Shown here in pieces: positions 36,615 through 45,339 of a DNA stretch of 64,000 bases. Each line of letters opens with the position of its first letter. Position 1 is the stretch's first letter. The DNA comes from Myxococcales bacterium FL481 (GTDB taxonomy: Bacteria; Myxococcota_A; Polyangia; Nannocystales; Nannocystaceae): positions 15,388-79,387 of the forward strand of contig QKPP01000152.1 of NCBI GenBank assembly GCA_006508105.1, read 5' to 3'. The position numbers and the translations under genes are program-made. The notes beneath the pieces are model-generated. The model ran no database searches and was not told the DNA's origin. It saw nothing but the letters and a program-made list of their open reading frames with translations.

Positions 36615-38273
36615 ATGGACGATCCCGTCTCGATCGACCTTGTCATGATCGCCGGTCTGTTCCTGTTGGGGGCGGTCGGCGAGATGATCTTCGCTCGGAC
36701 GCAGATCCCCGATGTGGTGTGGTTGATCGCCGCCGGTATCACGTTGCGCGCGTCAGGACTGGTCGAGCCGGCTGCATTCGCCGACACGTTGCCCCTGTTC
36801 GGCGCGTTGACCCTGATTATCGTGCTGTTCGACGGCGGCAGTAAGCTCGTCGTGGGCCAGCTCATCAAGTCCGCGCCGCGGGCGAGCCTCATGGCGTTGC
36901 TCTCGTTTACGTTGAGCACCACGCTGGTCGCTGCGGTGAGTATGGGCGCCGCGGCGGCCGGGCTGCTGCCCGGCTGGACGCTGCCGCACGGCATCATGCT
37001 TGGTGCCATCCTCGGGGGCTCGAGCTCGCTGATCATCATGCCGTCGATGCAGCTGGCGAAGGTCGAGTCCCGCGTGGCGAACCTGGTTTGTCTCGAGTCG
37101 GCCTTGACTGACGCGCTGTGCGTCGTGGTGACGGTGGCGATGATCGGGGTGGTGCTCGCGGGAGAGACGACCGCAACCGGGGCCGCGATGAGCCTCGCCG
37201 GTAGCTTTGGGGTGGCGTTGGCCATTGGCGTCGCGGCCGGATGGACGTGGATGCCGGTGCTCCACCTGTTGCGCGGCCACGTGCATGCGTATCCCGTCAC
37301 GCTCGCGGCGTTGATCGTTCTATACGTCGTCGTGGACCGGGCGGGGGGCTCGGCCGCGATGGCGATCTTGGCCTTTGCGGTGATTGTCGGGAACGCGGAC
37401 GCGTTGATCCGGCGTATCGGCTTTTCAATCGGGGACCGGCCGCTCGAACTCGGCGAGTCAGTGGTCGCCGCCCATACGCAACTGACGTTCATCATCAAGT
37501 CGTTCTTTTTTACGTTTATCGGGATGATGCTGGCGCCGCCGTGGAGCTTGTTGTTGTTCGGCGTCGCGGTCGGCACAATCTTGCTGCTTGCCCGTTGGCC
37601 CGCCGTCAAGCTGGCGAATCTTGGTGCGGGGTTGAGCGCGGCCGAAACCAAGTTGGTCACGGTCTCGCTGCCACGTGGCCTGGCGGCGGGGGTGCTCGCC
37701 ACGATGCCCGCGCAAGCCGGCGTGAGCGGGACCGACAACCTGCCCTCGTTGGTGTTTTCGGCGGTGGTGACCAGCATTGTGGTGTTCGCCGTGGGCTTCA
37801 AGCTGGTGCGAGGGAAAGTGTCAGCGCCCGTCGCGACGGTTGCGACGCACGTGACCGCGGAGACCCCAGGCGGTTCTCCGCTGTCATCGGAAGCGGTCTC
37901 GGCCGTGGCTGCGTCGTTGGTCCAGCCGGATCCCGCGGCACCGCACCCGGTGGCCGTGGCACCCAACGCGGCTCCGGCGGTCGCGTCTCCTGGGGAGACG
38001 GTGGCGACGCCGGAGCGCGAGGTACCGACTTCGCCCCCAACGGAGGAACCGGAGGTCCCCCTCTCCGAGGCGATTCGCGAGATCGTGGGGGCGATGCCGA
38101 CGCGCGAAGAACCCCAGGATCCGCGCCCAGCTCCGCGCCGAGGCCGTCAGACCAACTTGGATGTGCCGATGCAACCGCCCGCGTTGAAGTTGGAGTCGAT
38201 CCCCGAAGAGCCCGCCGCTGTCGACGACCGGCCGGGAGCCGGGGCGGCCGAGTCCAGCCGCGGCGAGGACTGA
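36615..38273 (+). CDS. Cation:proton antiporter (Na+/H+ exchanger family) with a disordered Pro/Glu-rich C-terminal tail
   Basis: About 11 TM spans. LFLLGAVGEMIFARTQIPDVVWLIAAGI, LIIVLFDGGSKL, ESALTDALCVVV are typical CPA motifs. The antisense 490-aa ORF 36494..37966 is a shadow. Confidence 0.9.
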   Translation: MDDPVSIDLVMIAGLFLLGAVGEMIFARTQIPDVVWLIAAGITLRASGLVEPAAFADTLPLFGALTLIIVLFDGGSKLVVGQLIKSAPRASLMALLSFTLSTTLVAAVSMGAAAAGLLPGWTLPHGIMLGAILGGSSSLIIMPSMQLAKVESRVANLVCLESALTDALCVVVTVAMIGVVLAGETTATGAAMSLAGSFGVALAIGVAAGWTWMPVLHLLRGHVHAYPVTLAALIVLYVVVDRAGGSAAMAILAFAVIVGNADALIRRIGFSIGDRPLELGESVVAAHTQLTFIIKSFFFTFIGMMLAPPWSLLLFGVAVGTILLLARWPAVKLANLGAGLSAAETKLVTVSLPRGLAAGVLATMPAQAGVSGTDNLPSLVFSAVVTSIVVFAVGFKLVRGKVSAPVATVATHVTAETPGGSPLSSEAVSAVAASLVQPDPAAPHPVAVAPNAAPAVASPGETVATPEREVPTSPPTEEPEVPLSEAIREIVGAMPTREEPQDPRPAPRRGRQTNLDVPMQPPALKLESIPEEPAAVDDRPGAGAAESSRGED

Positions 38274-38682
38274 TCAGCCACGGTCGGCGGCGACGGGTTG
38301 GCGCGTAGCGGAGCTGGGGTTCGCACGACCGATCGACGTGACGAGACCGCGGATGAACCGGAGGCGTGGCCGCGTGCCCCCAGACGAGCTGGTCCGCGGC
38401 AGAGCATCGGGTTGGGCAACCGCGCCTCCGAGCGCCGCTGGCATCTGGTCCGTGCGGTCGGTCTCCGCGAACTCGCGCGAGCCGGACGACGCACGGCTTC
38501 ACCCCGGCGCCGGTGGCCGCCGCGGGTCGGCGACGTGTACCGATACCGCGCCGGCAAACTCGCGCGAATCGCTCCCGGGCCTTCGCTCTGAGGGTCGTAA
38601 CCGCCGCGGTTTAGTGCGGCGCCGAGGCGGAGTTGGACTCCTGCTACCTTGACCGAGACCAACTGGGTCGGAGGAGGCTTCA

Positions 38683-39747
38683 ATGCCGGATCAACTCAAG
38701 ACGAGTCTGAGCAAAGCGAGCGCGACATCGCGGGCTCTACTCCCCATCGCCGCCGTCGGGGTGACCGCGGCACTTGCGGTGGCGTCGGCTTCGAGCGTGG
38801 AGCCTGGTGAAGTTGCCGTGCGCGTCAACAATCTCACAGGCGCCCAACAAGCCGTGACGCAGCCCGGGTTTCTGTTGGAGCTGCCGTTGATCCACACGGT
38901 GCACATCCTTCATGCCGCGCCGCAGACGTTCAGTATGAAGGGCAAGTCCAACGTCGGTCCGTTGACGGTCCGCGCCCTGACGGTCCGCGCCAGCGATGGC
39001 TCGAACTTTCACTTCGACGAGTTCACGCTGATCTTCCAGCTAAACGGCGACGAGAGCATTCAGGCCATCGCCGATGCGGGGCGCGAGGACGGCTATCTGG
39101 CCTGGATGAAGCCCTACGCGCGCTCCATCCTCCGTGACGAGTTCGGGCGGGAGAGCACCATCGACGTCTCGGATCCCAGCAACTACCACGAAGCGGGACA
39201 ACGGGCGAAGGCTCGACTCAACGAGCTTTTGGGACCACACGGCATTACCGTGACCCAGGTGGTGACGCCGCGACCGAGTTTCACGCCGGAGTACGAAGCG
39301 GCGATCGAGCAGCGCAACGCCCTGGGCAACCAGCTGGAAGTGATCCGCTCGGACCTTGCGCGAGCGGAGACGGAACGCAATCGCAAGCTCGCCGAGGTCG
39401 ATCAGATCAAGAACAAGACGATTCAGGAAAAGCGCGCCGAAATGGAGTCGACCCTGGCCACATCGGTCGCGCACCAAGCCGAGATCAAGCGCGAAACCGA
39501 CACCTACCGCATCGGCAAGTTTGGCGAGGGACAGGCACGCCTTAGCGCTGCGACCCAGCGCGCTCGTGAGCTGACCGGCCAGCTCGACGCCCAGTACGCC
39601 GCTCGGAAAGCCGAGATCGAGGCCTTTCGCACGCAGCCCGTCGAACGCGTCATGGAGCGTCTGGGAGAGCGGCTCAAGGGCGTCACCGTGCAGATTCAAC
39701 CCTACGCCGACGATGCAACCCCGAGTCGCATCCTTCTAGAGCAATAA
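38683..39747 (+). CDS. SPFH/Band-7 domain membrane protein with a long coiled-coil tail
   Basis: ggaggagg before ATG 38683. N-terminal [22 protein letters not shown]-like core [15 protein letters not shown]...[21 protein letters not shown]...ITVTQVV. Followed by a coiled coil. Confidence 0.85.
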   Translation: MPDQLKTSLSKASATSRALLPIAAVGVTAALAVASASSVEPGEVAVRVNNLTGAQQAVTQPGFLLELPLIHTVHILHAAPQTFSMKGKSNVGPLTVRALTVRASDGSNFHFDEFTLIFQLNGDESIQAIADAGREDGYLAWMKPYARSILRDEFGRESTIDVSDPSNYHEAGQRAKARLNELLGPHGITVTQVVTPRPSFTPEYEAAIEQRNALGNQLEVIRSDLARAETERNRKLAEVDQIKNKTIQEKRAEMESTLATSVAHQAEIKRETDTYRIGKFGEGQARLSAATQRARELTGQLDAQYAARKAEIEAFRTQPVERVMERLGERLKGVTVQIQPYADDATPSRILLEQ

Positions 39748-39758
39748 GGAGTACGATC

Positions 39759-40976
39759 GTGACCAACCCTAACAGACTCCGTGGCGTGGCCCGCCTCAGT
39801 GCCGGGTATCTCGCGTTCGTTTTGATCGCATTTGGGTTCCGCGCCTGCTTCCTTGATCGAGTGAACGTGGGCGAAACCGGGGTACGATTCAGTGCGTTGT
39901 CCGGCGTCTACGCCGAAGACCTGGAGCCCGGGTACCACTACGAGATTCCCGGACTGCACCAGATCTATTCCCTCCCGAGTCGGTACCTCTTTCTCAACTA
40001 CGCTGGCGGCGACGCCCTCACGGTCCGGACCAAGGACAACAACACGGTGCAAGTCGATGTTTCGATTCCGTACCGGATCGTACAGGGCCAGGCCTGGGAG
40101 ATTGCGGAGGACGGCAATCATGTCCTCGTCGGTGATGGTGTATATCGATTCGAACGCTTCGCCAAGCGTGCCGCTGACGACGTACTGCTGGCCGAACTGG
40201 CGAAGCTTAGCAGCGTCCACTTCTACAACACTGAAAAGCGGCTCGGAGTAGCCGGCAACGCGTTGCGCCAGCTCAACGAGGAGCTGGCCCAGTACCATCT
40301 GGAAGCCGACAGTGTCCTGATTCGGCAGGCCTACTTTCGCAAGGAGTACGAGCAGCAGCTGGCGCAAATCCAGCTCAACGAGCAGACGAAGCTACTCGAC
40401 GCCGCCAAAGGTGACGTGGCGAAAGAGCAGCAGCGTCTGGACAACTACAACCAGGGCACGGCGGCACGGGTGGCGGCCAAGGAACAAGACTGGGCGCGTA
40501 GGATCGCTGATCTCGAGCGAGCGTACATGGTCGGATCGATCGACGTGGGCGAAGATCAGACCCCGGGTGCGGCCCGGCGGGGGCTTGTGGCCCTCGGCAA
40601 CGAGGAGCGCAACGCCTTGGTCGCCGCCGCGGCGCAGACGCTTGGGGTTGATTCCGATGACATCACCGATGCGCACTTGTTGGGCATCAAGAACGTGCAG
40701 GCCGAGACCATCGAATACAAAGACCGGGTGTACGCCGAAGCCGACGGCGTTGCGGCTCGGCTAGCTGCACAAGGCGACGCGAAGGTCGCCGAGGTCCAAG
40801 GCGCCTACGAGCGCCGGATCAACGAACTGCTCAACAGCCCGGGCGGTCGAGCCTACGTGGCCTACAACGCGGCCGCCAACATCTCGTTCGCCGATACACT
40901 CACTTTTCAGTCGCGGGATGGCGTGCCCGTTGTGTACCGACTCCGAGAGTTCGCCCGCCAGTTTATGGGGCAGTAG
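39759..40976 (+). CDS. SPFH/Band-7 domain membrane protein (paralogue), long coiled-coil tail
   Basis: TM span YLAFVLIAFGFRACFL. VNVGETGVRFSALSGVYAEDLEPGYHYEIPGLHQIY...TVRTKDNNTVQVDVSIPYRIV. Lies 11 nt after the first SPFH gene. Confidence 0.85.
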   Translation: MTNPNRLRGVARLSAGYLAFVLIAFGFRACFLDRVNVGETGVRFSALSGVYAEDLEPGYHYEIPGLHQIYSLPSRYLFLNYAGGDALTVRTKDNNTVQVDVSIPYRIVQGQAWEIAEDGNHVLVGDGVYRFERFAKRAADDVLLAELAKLSSVHFYNTEKRLGVAGNALRQLNEELAQYHLEADSVLIRQAYFRKEYEQQLAQIQLNEQTKLLDAAKGDVAKEQQRLDNYNQGTAARVAAKEQDWARRIADLERAYMVGSIDVGEDQTPGAARRGLVALGNEERNALVAAAAQTLGVDSDDITDAHLLGIKNVQAETIEYKDRVYAEADGVAARLAAQGDAKVAEVQGAYERRINELLNSPGGRAYVAYNAAANISFADTLTFQSRDGVPVVYRLREFARQFMGQ

Positions 40977-41072
40977 CGAGAGAGCCCGTTTCCGTCGCGG
41001 GACGGCGTGCCCGTTGTGTACCGACTCCGAACGCTCGCCCGCCGGTTTAGGAGGCAGTCTCGAGACGGCCCG
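40905..41072 (+). repeat. Tandem direct duplication, 2 x 84 bp, spanning the stop codon of the SPFH gene
   Basis: Unit 1 is 40905-40988 and unit 2 is 40989-41072. By hand alignment about 72 of 84 positions are identical with no indels. The core is tcgcggga(t/c)ggcgtgcccgttgtgtaccgactccga... Confidence 0.9.
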
Positions 41073-41426
41073 CCCAAGACGACCCGATCCCGTCCGACAT
41101 GATGGCCCAAGCCGTCCTGACGGGTGGTGGGGGGGCTCGACCGGCGCAGCGTGGGATCGCCGCCACCATCCTCACGTCGGCGCCGGCGTCCTCGTGGCGA
41201 AAGAACACGAGGTCTGCCGCCAGAGCGCGCGTTCCCGGGGGCGACCTCGCCCGCCGCCCATGGCACGCCCGGCCCGACGCTCGCCGGGTCCGCCCACCCG
41301 CGGCCCGCCACTCGCCGGGGTGTCACCAAACGCGGGGTCACGGATAGCTCGGGCGGAACGGAGCTCGCGAGACACCGCGCGGTCTTGCCCGGAGCAGCGC
41401 GCCATGCGAGCGCCTACACACTCTGA

Positions 41427-42449
41427 GTGCCCGCGAAGGACCCCGGTGCCGTGATCGAGCCGACGTCGTCTGTGCTTGAGCGCATGAACGCCCAGTTGGC
41501 GACCGTCGACGACGAGTACACGCGTCACTTCACGTCCCCGACTCGGCCCGTGTCATTCGTCGTCGCCACACCACGCAGTGCGTCCACGTTGTTTCAGCAG
41601 CTGGTGTGCTCGACGCTGTCGGTCGGCTGCGTGTCCAACATCATGGCCCGCTTTTGGATGGCGCCCTTCATCGGCGCGACCCTCGAGCAGGATCTTCACG
41701 ATCCCCGATTTGTCAGCGCGCTTCGCTCGTACGGGCGGCATTACAACCCGGCCAACGCTCATGAGCCCCACGAGTGGGGATGGTTTTGGCGCCGTTGGCT
41801 GAAACTCGACGGCACGTCGTGCTACTGCGCGTCCGACCAGGAACTTGATGCCCGGGGGCTCAGCCAAAAACTGAGCGCCATCGAGTCGATCAGGGACGCG
41901 CCGCTGTTGTTCGACAATTTGTACGCGATGTGCAACCTCGATCGTCTCGCCGCGATGCTGCCGCGGGTACTGGCCATCCATCTGCGGCGACCGCCGTACT
42001 ACGTGGCGAACTCCATCTTGAACGCGAGGATCGATCGCTACGGCGACATCAACGCGTTCTTCGGCCATCGACCGCGAAACTACGACGAACTGGTCAAGAT
42101 TGACGACCCGGTGGAGCAGGTCGTCGCCCAGGTCCAAGCGATTCGCCGCGAAATGGACGAAACTCTCGCCCGCTTTGCGGACGACGACGTGCTCACCGTC
42201 GACTACATCGATCTCATCCAATCGCCCCAACGGATCATGCATCGCTTCGCCGACTTTCTCGCCAGTCATGGCGCCCCGGTGGAGCGCCGCGACCCCATGC
42301 CCGAGTTCCCTCAACTCCGGGATCGCAACAGCTCGGCGTTCGTACGCAGTGAGCACGCGGACCGCCTCGCGGCACACGTCACGGCGTACTTCGGGCCCGA
42401 CGCGGTTCCGTCGCACAAGCCCGCGGCTGGCCTGTTCTTGGCGGGGTAG
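41427..42449 (+). CDS. Sulfotransferase-family protein (PAPS-dependent type)
   Basis: 5'-PSB-like loop VVATPRSASTLFQQL. 3'-PB-like AIHLRRPPYYVANSILNA. Start uncertain (GTG 41427 or ATG 41484). Confidence 0.75.
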   Translation: MPAKDPGAVIEPTSSVLERMNAQLATVDDEYTRHFTSPTRPVSFVVATPRSASTLFQQLVCSTLSVGCVSNIMARFWMAPFIGATLEQDLHDPRFVSALRSYGRHYNPANAHEPHEWGWFWRRWLKLDGTSCYCASDQELDARGLSQKLSAIESIRDAPLLFDNLYAMCNLDRLAAMLPRVLAIHLRRPPYYVANSILNARIDRYGDINAFFGHRPRNYDELVKIDDPVEQVVAQVQAIRREMDETLARFADDDVLTVDYIDLIQSPQRIMHRFADFLASHGAPVERRDPMPEFPQLRDRNSSAFVRSEHADRLAAHVTAYFGPDAVPSHKPAAGLFLAG

Positions 42450-42450
42450 G

Positions 42451-43500
42451 ATGAACCGCGACGGCTTCGAGAAGCTCATCTATCACCACGACAAGATCGT
42501 CAAGATCGGTCGCCAAGCTCCGCAATTTCCGGTCCACCTGACCCTGAGTCTAGGCAACTACTGCAACCATGCCTGTCGTTGGTGTACGGCCGCTGCGTCC
42601 CAAGAAAAGGACGTACGTCACGCCGATGCCGACGCCCTGCTGGAGTTTCTCGAGCGGGCCCGCCCGCGAGGCTTAGCCGCGGTGGGCTACGTGGGCAATG
42701 GGGAACCGACCGCCTATCCCGACTTCGCTCGCGTCGTCGTCGGCGCACGGCGCCTCGGTCTCGAGCAGGGAATGTTTACCAACGGCGCCTTGCTTCACCG
42801 GCACCTCGACGCGGTGCTTGAGTGCTTCACCTACGTGCGATTTAGCCTCGACGCGGGCACGACGGCCACGCATTCCGCCATGCACGTGGTCAATGATCAG
42901 TTTGACCGTATCTTGGACAATATCGGCCGCCTCGTCGCGGGCCGTCGGGGCGGGTCCCCGACCGTTGGGATCCAGTTCGCCACCCACCATGAAAACATCT
43001 CCGATCTTCCCGCGGCCGCTCGGCTAGCGCGGGAACTCGGCGTGGACTACCTCAATGTCAAGCCGGTGTTCAACCAAGGCGGCGGCCGCGACCCCGCGCG
43101 CATCGCCGCTAATGAGGTAACCCCCGAACAACTCGATCGCGCGGTCGCAAACATTCGACGCGACTTCGAAACAAGGGCATTCCAAATTCACTACAAACCG
43201 TTTCAGATTCACGCAGTTCAACGCGACGAGAATGTGCTGCCGTACAGTCGCTGTGTGGCCGGTTTTTTCAACCTCAGCGTGTACGAAGACGGGAAGGTGG
43301 TCGCGTGCGGCCCCCACCATATCGAAGTGGGTACGATTGCGGACTCATTGGCGGATATCGAAGCTCGTGTGCTCGAATTGAGCAATAGTATCGATTTGTC
43401 TCAGTGTCCGGCCGCGTGCCGATATCATGCGCTGAACCATATTGTCGACACGGTGCTGGTCCCTGAGCACGGGCGCGAGTACCACAAGAATTTCCTGTAG
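42451..43500 (+). CDS. Radical SAM enzyme with a C-terminal Cys cluster (possible auxiliary Fe-S / twitch-SPASM-like)
   Basis: ATG 42451 lies 1 nt after the sulfotransferase stop. LSLGNYCNHACRWC has the CX3CX2C motif. GNGEPTAYPDF. FTNGALL. C-terminal cysteines in CVAGFFNLSVYEDGKVVAC...CPAAC. Confidence 0.9.
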   Translation: MNRDGFEKLIYHHDKIVKIGRQAPQFPVHLTLSLGNYCNHACRWCTAAASQEKDVRHADADALLEFLERARPRGLAAVGYVGNGEPTAYPDFARVVVGARRLGLEQGMFTNGALLHRHLDAVLECFTYVRFSLDAGTTATHSAMHVVNDQFDRILDNIGRLVAGRRGGSPTVGIQFATHHENISDLPAAARLARELGVDYLNVKPVFNQGGGRDPARIAANEVTPEQLDRAVANIRRDFETRAFQIHYKPFQIHAVQRDENVLPYSRCVAGFFNLSVYEDGKVVACGPHHIEVGTIADSLADIEARVLELSNSIDLSQCPAACRYHALNHIVDTVLVPEHGREYHKNFL

Positions 43501-43528
43501 AGCAGGCTGTCTTCCGATTGTGGGTTGG

Positions 43529-43544
43529 GATCGGGGAGCCGATC
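43529..43544. terminator. Short GC hairpin between convergent genes (candidate terminator)
   Basis: gatcgg-ggag-ccgatc, a perfect 6-bp stem with a 4-nt loop. It sits 29 nt after the radical-SAM stop and 14 nt before the stop of the convergent gene. No U-tract. Confidence 0.25.
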
Positions 43545-43557
43545 GCCTCGCTCGCCC

Positions 43558-44166
43558 TCAGCCCAGCGGTCCGTGATGCGGCTGGCCCTGTGCGTCGACG
43601 CAGCTGACGTCGAGACGGCGCAACCCGATGGGGATGCCCAACAGCCGACGTGGCACGAGCCTCGCGGACTGGGCCAAGCAATCGGGCACCCGCACGCCAC
43701 GTTCCACCACCGTGCCGTACGCAGCGACGCGACCCGATTTGTCAGCGGAGACGGTGAAGCTAAATCGATCGCTGTCCGTCACGATGGAGATCGTCCAGTG
43801 CTGCGCGTCGAGGCGCGTCTTCTCGATGCGCATGCGCTTGGCCACGGTCGGGCCAAACGGACTGCGCTCGTCGGCGGCGTCGCGGTTGAGCCACCACACC
43901 CGCACCCCTTCGACGTGCGAGACGTGTTCGGCTGCGCTCGAGGTCCACGCGTCGATGGCTACCCGGTAGTCACCGCTGGGGCCAAGCGGACCCGGGTCGA
44001 TGTGCAGGACTTCGTGGTGGCGCAGACCGGCCACATCGAGGGCGGCGACCGGTGTGCGCCCGTGCGGGATCGCGGGGGAGGCTACCCCTCGCTCCGGCAG
44101 GGCGAGTACGCCCCACGCGGTTGCCCAAATGACGATCACGCGCTGGCGGAGACGTCGGGTGAGCAT
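43558..44166 (-). CDS. Secreted hypothetical protein
   Basis: MLTRRLRQRVIVIWATAWGVLALPERGVASPA (signal peptide). Beta-rich remainder with no motif. Confidence 0.6.
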   Translation of the reverse strand: MLTRRLRQRVIVIWATAWGVLALPERGVASPAIPHGRTPVAALDVAGLRHHEVLHIDPGPLGPSGDYRVAIDAWTSSAAEHVSHVEGVRVWWLNRDAADERSPFGPTVAKRMRIEKTRLDAQHWTISIVTDSDRFSFTVSADKSGRVAAYGTVVERGVRVPDCLAQSARLVPRRLLGIPIGLRRLDVSCVDAQGQPHHGPLG

Positions 44167-44380
44167 TCAGGAAGTGTGCCCCATGACTGGCGAGCGCGCT
44201 CGTGGTCGATGACGGCCGGCACGCGATGGAACTGTCATATGACCTGCATCACGTAGCTCGCTGCGGCCGCAGCCGTGATGCGCCGGGGATCGATGGTTCA
44301 TGCACTGACCGGGGAGGTCAGCATTGGCCGCCCCGCCCATTCCGCGGACCGACAAGACGGCATCTACAACAAAGCCAGCC

Positions 44381-45298
44381 CTAGCGGGGGGGCGTCGACG
44401 CCGGGTCGTCTGCAGGGTCTGCGCCTTCTTGGGCCGGGCTGCAATGGTGGTCATCGGGTTGGAGGCGATCTATCACCGCCGCCACATCGATCTCTGCATC
44501 TCGCCATTGTCGGCGACCCTCCATACCTCCGGCGACGGTGAGCACTTCTCCCGACACGTGGCGCGCGAGCGCAGGCGAGCTGAGAAAGGCGACCGCATTG
44601 GCGATATCCTGCGCGCGAGCGATCTGCTGCAGCGGCATGGTGCTGATCGCAGACCGAAGTGCCTCGTGGTCGGCAAGGGCCTGGGCGGCCATCGGGGTCG
44701 CGGTCCAGCCGGGCTCGACCATATTGACACGACCGTAGCGATCGAGCGCGACGATCTCGTTCTTGAGCGAGCGCACCAAGCCGAGTAAGGCGGCCTTGCT
44801 CATCGCGTATTCACTGTGCCCTGCCTCGCCGAACCGACCCGCGGTCGAGCCGACGAAACACAGGCTCGCGCCACGGTCGTCCGCTCGTGGCCCGGTGACC
44901 GCCAATGACTCGAGGAAGGCGCGGGCGGTGAAGGCGGCGCCGAGCAGGTTCGTCTCGACGACTTCGCGGATGCGTCGGACCGGTTGCTCGTGCAGTGCGA
45001 GGCTCTCAGTCGGCCAGATCCCCGCGTTCACGATGCAAACGTCGGCTCGACCAAAGCTTTCGCGCACGTCTAAGAGCGCCCGCTCGACCGCCGCGTTGTC
45101 ACGTATGTCCACGGAAAGGCTCATCGCACGATCGCGCCAGGGGTGGGACGCGACGTATTCGGCAAGCGAGGCATGACGCGAGCGGGAAAACAGGGCGAGT
45201 CGACAGCCTGCCTCACCAAAGGTGTTCGCAAGCGCCTCGCCAATACCCCCTGAGGCGCCGGTGATGATCACCGTGAGATTCTCTAGACCGTGTCGCAT
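44381..45298 (-). CDS. Short-chain dehydrogenase/reductase (classical SDR) with a ~45-aa C-terminal tail
   Basis: ITGASGGIGEA (TGxxxGxG), NAGI, catalytic S...YAMSKAA (YxxxK), PGWTATPM. Confidence 0.9.
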   Translation of the reverse strand: MRHGLENLTVIITGASGGIGEALANTFGEAGCRLALFSRSRHASLAEYVASHPWRDRAMSLSVDIRDNAAVERALLDVRESFGRADVCIVNAGIWPTESLALHEQPVRRIREVVETNLLGAAFTARAFLESLAVTGPRADDRGASLCFVGSTAGRFGEAGHSEYAMSKAALLGLVRSLKNEIVALDRYGRVNMVEPGWTATPMAAQALADHEALRSAISTMPLQQIARAQDIANAVAFLSSPALARHVSGEVLTVAGGMEGRRQWRDAEIDVAAVIDRLQPDDHHCSPAQEGADPADDPASTPPR

Positions 45299-45339
45299 GG
45301 CAGGTGTCGGGGGGGCGCGGGGTCGGCCAGGGTGGCGGA

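Noticed and set aside
36494-37966. 490-aa minus-strand ORF antisense to the cation/H+ antiporter
   Set aside because: Its Thr/Ala/Ser/Pro-rich composition mirrors a membrane protein read backwards. The plus-strand gene has clear CPA motifs.
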